Shown piece by piece: positions 51,910-62,323 of a DNA stretch of 64,000 nucleotides. This DNA is from Diplonema japonicum. Taxonomy: Eukaryota; Protista; Euglenozoa: Diplonemea. The stretch is from assembly GCA_964019335.1 (NCBI GenBank), contig OZ025710.1, forward strand, positions 186,001 to 250,000, written 5' to 3'. Positions within the stretch are counted from its first letter, which is position 1; the number at the start of each line of letters is the position of its first letter. The notes beneath the pieces were generated by a model, which saw only the letters and a list, made by a program, of their open reading frames with translations, made no database searches and was not told the origin of the DNA. The position numbers were made by a program, and so were the translations under genes.

Positions 51910-52918
51910 TCAAAATAACGCAGCTAGCTCCGCCGCTTGTTCTCTCGTGTCTAAGTAGATGTTCATGACGCTCGCTGAGGTAGTGTGTTTCCCCTCGCAC
52001 TGGCCCCACAATGAAATCGCCTTTTTAAGGATCGGGGCAGAGAGGGCGGCAGACCACGTGGGAGGTACACCGTGGATGGAGAGAGAAGCGGAGGAGTTGA
52101 AAACCGCTTCTTCAAAGAGGTTGTGGTAGGTTGACTCAAGCCACCGTGTTTCATGGAAATGCCCGTTCTGGTAGGCAGGGTACGACACGTGGAAGATGGA
52201 GGTGGCGCTGGGGAGGGAGTGGGGTGAGATGCATCCTACACAGGACATTGGGATTTCTCCGTAAAGACGACGATTGTGTTCCCGTTCCTCCTCAGCTGAT
52301 TGGCCAGCAGCCGCCATGACGGCCTCACTAGCGCCTCCCCACAGAGCCAAGCATAAGCTGCCACTGGCGTATCGGATGTCGCCGGAGATGATTTTCACGT
52401 TTATTCCCTTAACGTCGAGCTCCTTTACGATTTCTTCTGTTCTCTCCGGGTAGTACATTACTTCTGACCCCCTCGCTGCGCTCGCCACCTCTTGCCGCCA
52501 TGGCTGTCTCGTCGTACCTGGGTTCCGGGAATACCCATCTGGGGTGGGGCTCACCGTTGGCCCATAGATTTCTCGTGTCCATTGCTATTTTTTTTTTTTT
52601 TTTTTTGGAATAGCACATACACTATTTTGCGGGCTCAGTAATCCTGCATTTTTCGCTCTCATATGCATTTCAGGTGTCATGTTGTGAAGTTGCGATCCCG
52701 CTTGCTGTTTTTTTTTTTTTTTTTTTTTTTTTTTTGTTTTGCTAAATACCAAAAGAGAAGACGGGTTCACGCCGGACCAGTTGCCTTTAAACGTATCTGG
52801 TGATCTAATGGATTTGGTTTTTTTTTTTCCCTCCTCCCTTTTTTGTTTTTTTTTTCCCATACGAAAGCTTCCCCTTCCCCACTGGTTGCGCCTTCCGCAA
52901 CAAGCTGCTTGGTCTCAT
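51910..52918 (-). CDS. Hypothetical protein with degenerate macrodomain-like C-terminus; introns 52805-52862, 52705-52749, 52585-52620
   Basis: Spliced frame MRPSSLLRK...NPSSLL|QAGSQ...SPQNS|QWTREIYGPTVSPTPDG joins the 51910-52554 ORF; VKIISGDI, IFHV..P and LESTYHNL. Confidence 0.7.
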
Positions 52919-53136
52919 TTTATTTTATTTCTACCCCCCTCCTCCTCCACTTTCCATAGTTTAAATGTGGTTCCTTTTTTTTTCTCGCAAAGGGGGAAAA
53001 AAAAAATCCACAATAACAAAAAAAAAAAATTAGGAGAGAGGGGAAAAAAAAAAAAAGAATTTTTTTACCCCTCCCCGTGTTAAGTGTTAACTGTTAGGGG
53101 GTGGAATTTTTTTTTTTGTTTTATTTCACTATTCAC

Positions 53137-53194
<58 letters not shown>

Positions 53195-53199
53195 ATATC

Positions 53200-54234
53200 T
53201 CACCATGCTTTTTTAAATATAAACGCCGACTGACCATAATCGGGGAAACAGTAAGGTGGCGAAGGCCACCACCACCAAGCGGAAGAGTGCACCCCCATCA
53301 AAACACACCAGTTTTTCCGTTTGTGATGCGATGAGAGTGCGGGGAGGTCCAGCGCCTTCGCCCACTCCTTCCGCGCGACTGAAAACTTCGCAAGAAGCTT
53401 CAAAAGCGGGAACATAACCTCCAAGCTGCTAGCTCCATCAGGACAGTTCTGACCCGTTTCAGTGGTTGAGTTGAAACCATATGAGACAGCTATAACCCAT
53501 GAAAGCAGCAAGAACGCATGACACACAATTAAGAACAAAGCACAGAAAACAGTGAACATAACGAACGGGGTCGATGCAGGGGAAAAAGGTCTGAACAAAA
53601 CAGGCAGCGTGAACGTTAACGAAATTATCGACCTCAACAACCCGTAGACCAGCGTCAGGGTGTACGCCTTACAATTCCTCTCAGCCACGCAGTTGTTGAT
53701 TAAAAAGGAATGGTGGTCGAACCTCTCGACACACCTCCAACAGTAGGCACAGTGCTGGGTGTGATAATGCACCAACCTCGAGCATCTTTCACATATCGTT
53801 TCGTTTTTCTGCTTGTCTATGGTGAATAAGGAATCTGACCGTGTTTCGATTGCCCTTGTGTAGCTTACCGCCCACAGTACTGATATTATAGTGTAAATAG
53901 TCCAGTGTGTGCACACACATATATCTTGCATTTCTATGATGTTTACCCAGATTTTTAGTGAGTTTTCGACAAGTCCGGAGACGAATTCTCTTATTCCGTT
54001 TACGCCTGCGAGGTGGGGGCCAACGCACCATAGGCCCACGAAGGCCCATTCGAAGATGCCGAAGGCGGTGTTGAGCATCACCGTGATCTGGCCCACCGAG
54101 CTGCTGTGTTCCACGGGGGCGAGCCCGCCCAGGAAACAATCCTTCAAAACACCCCAAGCCAGACGTACAATAACAGGCAGACCTACCACACAGAGACCCA
54201 AACAGATCAGCCCCGTCGACATCGCATCTGACAT
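53200..54234 (-). CDS. DHHC palmitoyltransferase-like membrane protein with DHHS variant
   Basis: CERC...HCAYCWRCVERFDHHSFLINNCV..RN cysteine-rich domain plus TM segments. Start uncertain. Confidence 0.85.
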   Translation of the reverse strand: MSDAMSTGLICLGLCVVGLPVIVRLAWGVLKDCFLGGLAPVEHSSSVGQITVMLNTAFGIFEWAFVGLWCVGPHLAGVNGIREFVSGLVENSLKIWVNIIEMQDICVCTHWTIYTIISVLWAVSYTRAIETRSDSLFTIDKQKNETICERCSRLVHYHTQHCAYCWRCVERFDHHSFLINNCVAERNCKAYTLTLVYGLLRSIISLTFTLPVLFRPFSPASTPFVMFTVFCALFLIVCHAFLLLSWVIAVSYGFNSTTETGQNCPDGASSLEVMFPLLKLLAKFSVARKEWAKALDLPALSSHHKRKNWCVLMGVHSSAWWWWPSPPYCFPDYGQSAFIFKKAW

Positions 54235-54391
54235 TCTTCCTGATGATATTCTTTTATTATGAATGTGACAATGACAAATAAATAAAAATAAGCTTTTCAA
54301 AAAGTTGCACACAAATAATATAAGAAAAAAAAAGGGGGGGAGGGAGGGAACACTTTTTTTTTTTTCCTTTTGATTTTGAATAAAAACTCTC

Positions 54392-55426
54392 TTACAACCA
54401 TTCCATGTTCCAAGCTGTGGTGCCCCCTGCTCTTAAAGGAATGACCTTCGACCCTGAGAACGAGTACGACTCCGGGATTGTTTTGAGGGCGGATTCGTCC
54501 TTCGTCAAACGGACCTTTTTAACATTGACGGGTAGGTTGTAAAACTTCGCCCCGTTCAACGAAGTAAAAGCCTCAAGGTTGTCGAGCAATCCTGCACCAT
54601 CAAAAGCCTCTGCATAAAATGACATGGCAGCGTGCGCAGTAAAGACACCAGCACATCCACATGAAGATTCCTTACGCTCCACAACGTGAGGCGCTGAATC
54701 TGTCCCTGCAAAAAATTTCGGCGAACCCGAAGTCGCTGCTTCAACAAGTGCCTTTCGATCCTCCTCACGCTTCAATACCGGCAGACAATACATATGAGGA
54801 CGGATCCCTCCCTTGAAAATATCGTTCCTGTTGTGGAGGAGGTGGTGTGCTGTGATGGTGGCGGCGACATTGGGGCCAGATTGTTTCACGAATTCAACAG
54901 CGTCGCGCGTGGTGATGTGCTCGCAGACAATTTTCAACCCGGGGACCGACTTGATGAGGCCCACCATGATGTCCTTGTAAAAAATGGTCTCCCTGTCGAA
55001 AATGTCAGTTGTCTGGTCGGTGGACTCACCGTGAACACAGAGAATCATACCCAGTTCCGCCATTTTTTTCAAAGCGGGGGTGCAACCAGTGTAGTTTGTA
55101 ATCCCGAAGTCTGAGTTTGTAGTTGCCCCTGCTGGGTATAGCTTCACTGCCTTAACAAACCCCGTGTCCCAGGCCTCTTGAATCATTTCTGGGGTCGTGT
55201 TGTCTGTCAGGTAGAGGGTCATGACAAGGTTTCTTTCCCCGTCTTTGCACATCCTTTCTCTGTACCTCCTTGCGTCTTGCGCGTTGACCACCGGGGGTAC
55301 AAGGTTGGGCATTGCCAGACATCTATCAAACTGCTTAAAAGCTAGCTCCACCGTGGTTTGCAGCGCATCCCCGTCTCTAAAGTGATGATGAAAATCGTCC
55401 GGAGCAGTGATTTCCAGGGTTGTCAT
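54392..55426 (-). CDS. pyrC: Dihydroorotase, stand-alone E. coli-type
   Basis: PDDFHHHFRDG, MPNL, KLYPAGATTNS, CEHITT, YCLPVLKR and GTDSAPH. Confidence 0.96.
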   Translation of the reverse strand: MTTLEITAPDDFHHHFRDGDALQTTVELAFKQFDRCLAMPNLVPPVVNAQDARRYRERMCKDGERNLVMTLYLTDNTTPEMIQEAWDTGFVKAVKLYPAGATTNSDFGITNYTGCTPALKKMAELGMILCVHGESTDQTTDIFDRETIFYKDIMVGLIKSVPGLKIVCEHITTRDAVEFVKQSGPNVAATITAHHLLHNRNDIFKGGIRPHMYCLPVLKREEDRKALVEAATSGSPKFFAGTDSAPHVVERKESSCGCAGVFTAHAAMSFYAEAFDGAGLLDNLEAFTSLNGAKFYNLPVNVKKVRLTKDESALKTIPESYSFSGSKVIPLRAGGTTAWNMEWL

Positions 55427-56341
55427 TTTTTTTTTTTTTTTTCCCCTTCTTTTTTTGTTGAACAAAGAACTCCGGGTATAAAAAAAAAAAAAAAAAGTTT
55501 GGTTGGGGTAGAAAAAAAAAAAAAAAAATGGGGGGGGAACTTTTGTTTCAGGAAAGAGAAAAAAAAAAAGTAGGATAAAGAAAGGAGAGCTGTAAAGGGG
55601 GTAAAAAAAAAGGGGGGGTGAATGAAACAGTGAGTAAGTGCGGGTGTTTGTGTGTTTTTTTAAATCTTTTTTTTTCAAATTTCTGTCTTTTCATGGAAGA
55701 AAAGAAAGTGAAAAAAGAAACAGGAGCGGGGCACGGAGGGTAAAAAAAAAGAAAAAGATTGGGAGAACAATGGAAAAAAAAAGAGAAAAAAAAAAACAGA
55801 GGCAAGCTTACAGGTAGAAAAAAAAAAAAAAAACCTCCCTTTTAAAAATTCCTTTCTTTTTTCCTCTCAGGGCAAGAAAAATTTCACTATGATGGGGGGG
55901 GGGGGGGGGAAAGAGAGAGGAGGTTTGGGGAAGGAGAGAAAAAAAGAGGACACGAAAAAAAAAAAGCTTCATGAAGATCTCTTTTTTTCTTTTTCACTAT
56001 GTCAGCATTTCACCCCCCCTTTTTTTTCTCCCTTATCCTACAGTGCATTTCGCTCCCCCCCATCCCCCCCTCTCATCCCCCCATTTTTTAAAATGGACAC
56101 GCTAAATTGTTTTTTTTTCTCGTTTTTTTTTTAAACAGATACTTTTTTTTTCCGTGAAAAAAAATGGAGATTGTGGTGGCAGTTGGATGGAAAAAGAAAA
56201 TGGAGGAAAAACAAAAAAAAATACACACAAGGGAAGAGAGAGAGGAAAAAAAAAGGGGGGTGGAAATGACACTAAGGAAAAAAAAAGAACGTGTATATTC
56301 AAGAGAGAGAATGAAGAAAGAAAGGGAAAAAAAAGACTTAT

Positions 56342-56432
56342 TTAACAGCATCCACCCTTCTTCTTCTTCTCGGTGGTCTTATCAAGCTTCACACCACCGG
56401 GGATGAACTCACCGTCATCCTGGACCTGGGGA

Positions 56433-56476
<44 letters not shown>

Positions 56477-56769
56477 CCAAACCTTCTGTGCCTTCTTAAG
56501 CGCGTTCTTTGCCACAGCCATGAAGGCCTGTTCAACATTGAAGTTGTCCTTCGCCGATGTCTCGTAGTAAGGGATGCTCGACTGGTCATCGCCCTTCGCC
56601 TGTTTCTGCGACCACGCGATAGCAGCCTTCACAGACACACACCTCTTGTCCTCAAGATCGTTCTTGTTACCAATCAGAACAAAGTCTTTGTTCTCACCAG
56701 CCTGATGGATGAACTCCTCATGCCATGACGAAAGGTGGGCGAAGGAGTCCTGGTTCGTCAAGTCGAAAA

Positions 56770-56800
<31 letters not shown>

Positions 56801-57073
56801 CCATTCACACACCAACATGCATGCGTCGGCTCCACGGTAAAACGCAGTCCCGAGCGACTGGAACCTCTCTTGGCCTGCGGTGTCCCAGATCTGAAGCGTG
56901 ACAAGGGTGCCCTCCACCTCCAGTTCCTTGGTCAGGAAATCCGCACCGATTGTCGCCTTGTATCTGGAATCGAACCTGTTGTTCACGTACTGCCCCATGA
57001 GCGAGGACTTCCCCACACCGCTGTCACCGAGGATAATAACCTTAAGCAAAACCTTCTTGCGTCCGCCCGACAT
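56342..57073 (-). CDS. RAB7: Rab7 GTPase; introns 56771-56812 and 56426-56482
   Basis: [44 protein letters not shown]|VFD and C-terminal GGCC. Confidence 0.97.
56771..56812 (-). other. 42-nt poly(A) intron GTGTGTGAATGG(A)29G
   Basis: Splits the conserved Rab strand ACML|VFD. Confidence 0.92.
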
Positions 57074-57231
57074 TTTTATGGTATGATATTTTTTTTTTTC
57101 TTACTTTTTACGTTGACCCACTCTGATGATAATCCTTTTATTATTATTATTATTATTTTTTAAAAGGCCCTCACTTGGAGAAAAAAAAAAAAAAAAAAAA
57201 AAAAAACACTTTTTTTTTTCCCTTCACCATT

Positions 57232-57654
57232 TTAAGGAATCAATTTCCCCACTCTGAACCGTCCCTCCGACCCAAGGGAGGTTGGGAATGGATTCGTCCG
57301 TCCGGTCGTGATCCATTTTAGCAATTCTTTCGGTGTCAGCAAATCGCCTCCGGTAGGGGGACAGTGGTACCTAGGTTGGTTCCACCGCAAATATTTTGCG
57401 TAGAGAGGGTGGTAGTTAAACCAACGCCCCTTGTTGGAGGTGGTGGAAAGCTGTCGCAATTTCCAGTGCACATCGTTGAGTGCCTCTACATTGTCATAGT
57501 CACTAGTGAGGACGTAAAACTGATATTCTTCAGAGTTAGATCGCGTGGGGACCGCAACAGCTGGTTTCATGTATTTGATAGGAAAAGGACCTCTTACGAA
57601 AATAGACTCAACATGAGGTCCCAAGGATCCCGAGGAATACGCTTCCGTAAGTCG

Positions 57655-57688
<34 letters not shown>

Positions 57689-58017
57689 TATATATATATA
57701 TATATAACATACCTCCCAGTCCTCGTCGACCTCGGCAGCCTCTTCCTTGTTTTTTGGCAATGGGCAGCTCCACAGAAACATTCCTTGTTTCAAATTTTCT
57801 TTTTCCATTGCTTTTTCGTACGATGCCTGCAGTCCCGATTTTGAACTCGCAAACCCTTCTCTTACGTACCAACCGGTGCTTTGATTTTGATTCACCTTTG
57901 GTGTCGAGGTTACGGCGTAAGTAGATTTCATCATCGTTTGGTACAAATACTGCGGCATTTCGGGAAGTTGGTAATCGTCGTTATTTGCTACGAGCAGTCC
58001 GTTGTTGCCGTCTGCCT

Positions 58018-58051
<34 letters not shown>

Positions 58052-58212
58052 TGTTCCAAACAGACCTGCGTCCAATGGCTCGGCTTCTTCCTCATCGTGA
58101 ACTCTTCAAAACTTTCATGCGCTTCTTTCTTGTGAAACAGCGTGTTCTGCCATGCGCCCCGGGTTCCCTTTGAAACTTGGTTGTAGGCCAACGATAGCGG
58201 GATTCGCGACAT
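57232..58212 (-). CDS. Hypothetical protein; introns 58016-58065 and 57655-57712
   Basis: Three ORF-track fragments join in frame (SHWTQ|ADGNN...EDWE|RLTEAYSSGSLGPHVES) on removal of two GT-AG A-rich introns. Confidence 0.8.
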
Positions 58213-58511
58213 GTTATATATATATTTTTTTTTTCTTTTTTTTTTCTCCTCTCTTCTTTTTTTTTTTAAAAACTAATGTTTTGCTACAAGCAAAATAATA
58301 AAAAAAAAAAAAAAATTAGAAAAGAAAAAAAAAATATATATATATATATTACGACCAGAAGGAACGGGAATGTGTGTTTTTTTTTTTTTTTTTCTTTTTG
58401 AAAGGAGGGCCAGAATTTTTTTTTTCTCTACTTTTTTTTTTTTTTTATTTTTTTTTTAAATCTATTGTATACAAACTTTTTTTTTTTTTTCTTTTCTACT
58501 ATTTCTCACTG

Positions 58512-61500
58512 CTAGTCATGTTCTTCAGGAAGATATTCCTCCCCGCCGACGACCGACCCACCAGCTTCACCATAATCGTCCCCATCATCACCCGGCGTCA
58601 GCACGAGATATTTATGATGCTCTTCCTCATGTTCCACAGGCACCTCAACAACTCTGTTCACATCCTCTTCCACCATCACCATCTCAACCATCTTCATAAG
58701 CTCCCCATCTGAAATTTCCGAACTCGAGTCGCTGTATCCAGGCTCCACGGTATAATAGACATGCGGCCGGCAACTGTAAGAAGAAGACAGAGGTGTTTGA
58801 ACAGAGGAATAAACAGGTTTCAACGTAGTCCGCGACAACGGTGATGAAGGGACGACCATTAAACGTTGTACTGGTGAAAAGGGCATTCCTGGTGAGAGAG
58901 GGCTGTTCGGCTCGGGGTTAGCGGTGAGCATCTCTTTGAGGTGAAGGATCTCTTGTTCTAATTTCAGCTTAGCAGCATGTTTCGTCTCAAGAAGACTCTC
59001 AAGGTACTCCGCTTCCTCATCCAGAGATTCCAACACAGCAGGGTCAAAATTCACCGATTCAGCTTTAGCCCGACTAACCACGGAAGCTATTGCCCCTGCA
59101 GTCACAACACCTGCTAGCATCGGAACTGTTACATACGCATTGTAGACTAGACGGCGTGCCTCGTCGATGTTCATGTTGACGTGAGTTGATGCTGCCGCGG
59201 TGTTGTTCTTGTTGAGCTGCAATGTGATTCGTGCGCGTTTCCACCTTTTCACACCGTCGTGTAGAGGTGAGGCTTCTCTGAATGATGAGACGCTTGATCG
59301 GGAAGATGTGCTGAATGGGCTTCCTGGAGTGTCATCGTCTGCGTTCTCAAGCGCTTCTATGGCAGCCTCTACCTCCTTCGCCCTGTTTTTCAACCTCGAC
59401 ACTGTTGCTGTTAAGGATGTTAACAGTCTTCCCGTGTCTCTGCCTAGTGCTTCGTGAACGGATGACAGGGTTGTCTCCAATGCTTTTAACTCGCTGTCTT
59501 GAACTGCGAGTACTTTGTCGCGCATTTTGTTGAACGCTTTCGGTTTGGATTTTGACGACCCTCCTGCAGATGGAGCGGGCCGCATGTTCAAAACACTGTG
59601 CCGTCGAATGAGCTCTGTGGAGTTTATCCTGCTCACCTCCGGTCCCGAGTATTTCCGATTCTCCGCATTCATGCTGTTTATTGTCAAATCCAACGGGTCT
59701 AAAGATTCTTCATCGTCTTCTGTATCATGACCAGCATACATTCTTGCCTGTCCTAGCATCTGTTGATCGACAAGGCTTGACACATAGTCGTCGATGGCGC
59801 CTCTGTTGGAGTCGCCCCAATCGGATAAATACTGCCCAGGGGTACCGTATCCAATCGCGTGGTTGAGAATGCTTCCCAGTTCGGTGAGGAATGCTGTCTG
59901 CTGTTTGGTGACAGAGGTTGTTGTGATGCCCGATTCAGACGGGCTCTGGATGGAGGGCAGCCATACCCGCTGCATTAAGAATGCGCCTATACACCGGTGA
60001 ACGTTGATCGGCGAACGCGTTCTGACCATTAGCTCCTCGTCGGTGATGTCGTGGACGCAACGCTTGATCATTGCAACGATGACCTGCAGCTCGTAAGGGA
60101 AGACAGATGTGTGTTCCGTGTTGGTGATCGCGTTGAAATAAGTCCAGCAATGGTTCAACAGCTCCGATTCACGATTGTGCTTTTCTGAGAAATTTCGTTG
60201 GAACTCTGACACAGCGTTGGTCAACGTCAACCTTGCGTACTGATCAGCTTTGCTGCCCACATATAACAAGATCAAGCGTACCCCGAATGTATCTGCTTGA
60301 AACAATGTGGAAGGGCTCTTGTCCTGACCGAAGCACGACATCAACTCGTACAGAATGCATTCGTACATCAGCTGGTGTGTCAGATCCAGGTGGGCGCACA
60401 ATGCGAGGAGTGATAGTCCAAGACGGCGGCCGATAAGCTGGTCCTTGACTTTGTGTGAGACGTCAGATGCGATGTTGAGGTTTGTGAAGGTATCGATGAG
60501 GTCGAAGACCCTGACCTTTACCACCACTAGAAGCCATTTATAAGCCGCGTTGAGATCTTGTTTGGCGACAACTGCATCGGCTTCATTGTCAAGCTGCTGT
60601 TTCGTTTTTGCTTTTGACAAAAATCTCGTTAGTTTCGACCCAGCATGAATGGCTAGGTCCATTTTGGATTTAACGTGCACCTCACGCTCGAAGCGGAAGG
60701 GAAGCCTTTCTATCCGGATGTCGAGGAATGCAGTTTCAAGGTGTTCTTGGATTTTGTGGGTTGCTTTTTCAACAGAGACACCGGACCCGCTTGAGGACTT
60801 GCAGACTCTTATGAGAAGTTCACGGTCGTAGAAGTGTTCCTTTGCCTTCTCGTCACGTAAGGCACGGAGGATACCACCGTCTTTCTTCTTCCCCCGTCGT
60901 AGGTGGAGTTGTAAGACGGATTGCGATGTTGAAAAAACAGCGGATTCCAACCGTTCTACTCTGACGAATGTTTCTAGTTTGAACTCTCTTTCTGACTCGT
61001 ATAGGATGTATATTGCAGAAGTTGTTATGAGCAAGATGTGCGACAGTTTCTCAGCCTCGTTTTTCTCGTATAGAAATTGCACGCGGAGCGAGAGTTTTAT
61101 AGTGGTGTCGCCTTTGCTGCGGAGGAGCTTTGCGATGTGTGGGTTGGGAGCAAGGTTTGCAAAATCGTCCTCTGTGTCCACCATTATGGAATCGGCTTCT
61201 AAAGCCCTTCTCAGTTTTACAGATGAGATGGCCCGTTTTGCGTACTCCACGTTCAGCAACGGCTCGGACACCACCGAGACCATGATGTCCGGAAGCTTCG
61301 GTTTTATCAAAGCATGTTGTTTTAAAAGAAAACCCAAGAAGCTGTCCTTTCTGGCAGGATCGTTGAAGGTGATAACGGAGTAAGCCCAGAGATGATTTTC
61401 ATTTGAGGATTTTACGATATCGATGGCCAGGCTGAGTTCGTCGGTCTCCGTATAGAGGACTTCTTTGATGTTTCTTAATGATATGGAAACTGGGACCATG

Positions 61501-61928
61501 GTCCCGCCAGGTGCTTGGGAGAGGTCTGGGAATGAGGTTGTGGCTACACCGTTGCGGCGCAGAGTTGTTCTGGAAGACGTGACTGGTGTGAGGATAGACA
61601 CTGTTGAGGGTGTTGCGAGATCTGCGTGTTCTGTGCTTGTTAGGTAGTATAGTTGGTTAGTGGTGATTACGACAGCCATGTCGCAGCGTCCGCAGCCCCG
61701 TACCACTGCAACGGCAGTGGAGAAGTGTACGGTTTCTCGTTTTATGTTTCGCAGGTATAGCTCGTCTTTGATGTTTTCTTTTGTTGCCTTGCCGACGGCT
61801 TCTTTTTTGATCTCCTCACCGACCTTGCCATAGTCTCCTCCGGTATTCTTCACCTTTTTGTGATGGGTGTTGAGAACCTGACTCTCTTCGGCCGATGGGA
61901 GGGCAACAATGCTTTCGAATTTCCTCAT
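58512..61928 (-). CDS. PH/TH1-like plus RasGAP-like domain protein with coiled coils
   Basis: ILLITTSAIYIL-type PH/TH1 strands; STLFQADT, FPYELQ and IGAFLMQRVWLPSIQSP resemble RasGAP blocks. Confidence 0.7.
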   Translation of the reverse strand: MRKFESIVALPSAEESQVLNTHHKKVKNTGGDYGKVGEEIKKEAVGKATKENIKDELYLRNIKRETVHFSTAVAVVRGCGRCDMAVVITTNQLYYLTSTEHADLATPSTVSILTPVTSSRTTLRRNGVATTSFPDLSQAPGGTMVPVSISLRNIKEVLYTETDELSLAIDIVKSSNENHLWAYSVITFNDPARKDSFLGFLLKQHALIKPKLPDIMVSVVSEPLLNVEYAKRAISSVKLRRALEADSIMVDTEDDFANLAPNPHIAKLLRSKGDTTIKLSLRVQFLYEKNEAEKLSHILLITTSAIYILYESEREFKLETFVRVERLESAVFSTSQSVLQLHLRRGKKKDGGILRALRDEKAKEHFYDRELLIRVCKSSSGSGVSVEKATHKIQEHLETAFLDIRIERLPFRFEREVHVKSKMDLAIHAGSKLTRFLSKAKTKQQLDNEADAVVAKQDLNAAYKWLLVVVKVRVFDLIDTFTNLNIASDVSHKVKDQLIGRRLGLSLLALCAHLDLTHQLMYECILYELMSCFGQDKSPSTLFQADTFGVRLILLYVGSKADQYARLTLTNAVSEFQRNFSEKHNRESELLNHCWTYFNAITNTEHTSVFPYELQVIVAMIKRCVHDITDEELMVRTRSPINVHRCIGAFLMQRVWLPSIQSPSESGITTTSVTKQQTAFLTELGSILNHAIGYGTPGQYLSDWGDSNRGAIDDYVSSLVDQQMLGQARMYAGHDTEDDEESLDPLDLTINSMNAENRKYSGPEVSRINSTELIRRHSVLNMRPAPSAGGSSKSKPKAFNKMRDKVLAVQDSELKALETTLSSVHEALGRDTGRLLTSLTATVSRLKNRAKEVEAAIEALENADDDTPGSPFSTSSRSSVSSFREASPLHDGVKRWKRARITLQLNKNNTAAASTHVNMNIDEARRLVYNAYVTVPMLAGVVTAGAIASVVSRAKAESVNFDPAVLESLDEEAEYLESLLETKHAAKLKLEQEILHLKEMLTANPEPNSPLSPGMPFSPVQRLMVVPSSPLSRTTLKPVYSSVQTPLSSSYSCRPHVYYTVEPGYSDSSSEISDGELMKMVEMVMVEEDVNRVVEVPVEHEEEHHKYLVLTPGDDGDDYGEAGGSVVGGEEYLPEEHD

Positions 61929-62090
61929 TTTTTTTTCATGGTTTTTTTTTTTTTTTTTTTCCCTGACGAAAAATTATGTGGAGATGGAGGGGAAAAAAAA
62001 ATTTTTTTTTTTTCGTGTAAGTGTACGGAGGCAAGAGGGGTTTTTTTTGTTAAAAAAAATCTTCTTTTTTTTTTTCTCTCTTCTTTTTTT

Positions 62091-62323
62091 TCAGGCTCCA
62101 ACAACGCTTCTGATGCCGGATAGTTTTTTCTGGTTGTCAGCCCCCAGTAGTTTTGCCGCGCTGAGTTGGTCCTGTTTTTTTATTTTTTTTATATTTTTTT
62201 TTTATTATTTGTTCGTACCGAAATTACTGTGTGCGCATGTGCCATCTCAGCGAACGAACCCTTCAAAGAATTTGCCCTGGCTTCAAATTCACAGGGCTTA
62301 AGAACTGTATGGGATCCTGGCAT
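62091..62323 (-). CDS. 61-aa microprotein candidate; intron 62172-62218
   Basis: A-tract+ATG, MPGSHTVLK...HTVIS|DQLSAAKLLG...VVGA*, with a GTACGA..(A-rich)..CAG intron. Confidence 0.55.

Noticed and set aside
1327-62218. Poly(A) introns as retroposon tails or Introner-type mobile elements
   Set aside because: No shared internal sequence, terminal repeats or consistent target duplication beyond ordinary AG|G context.
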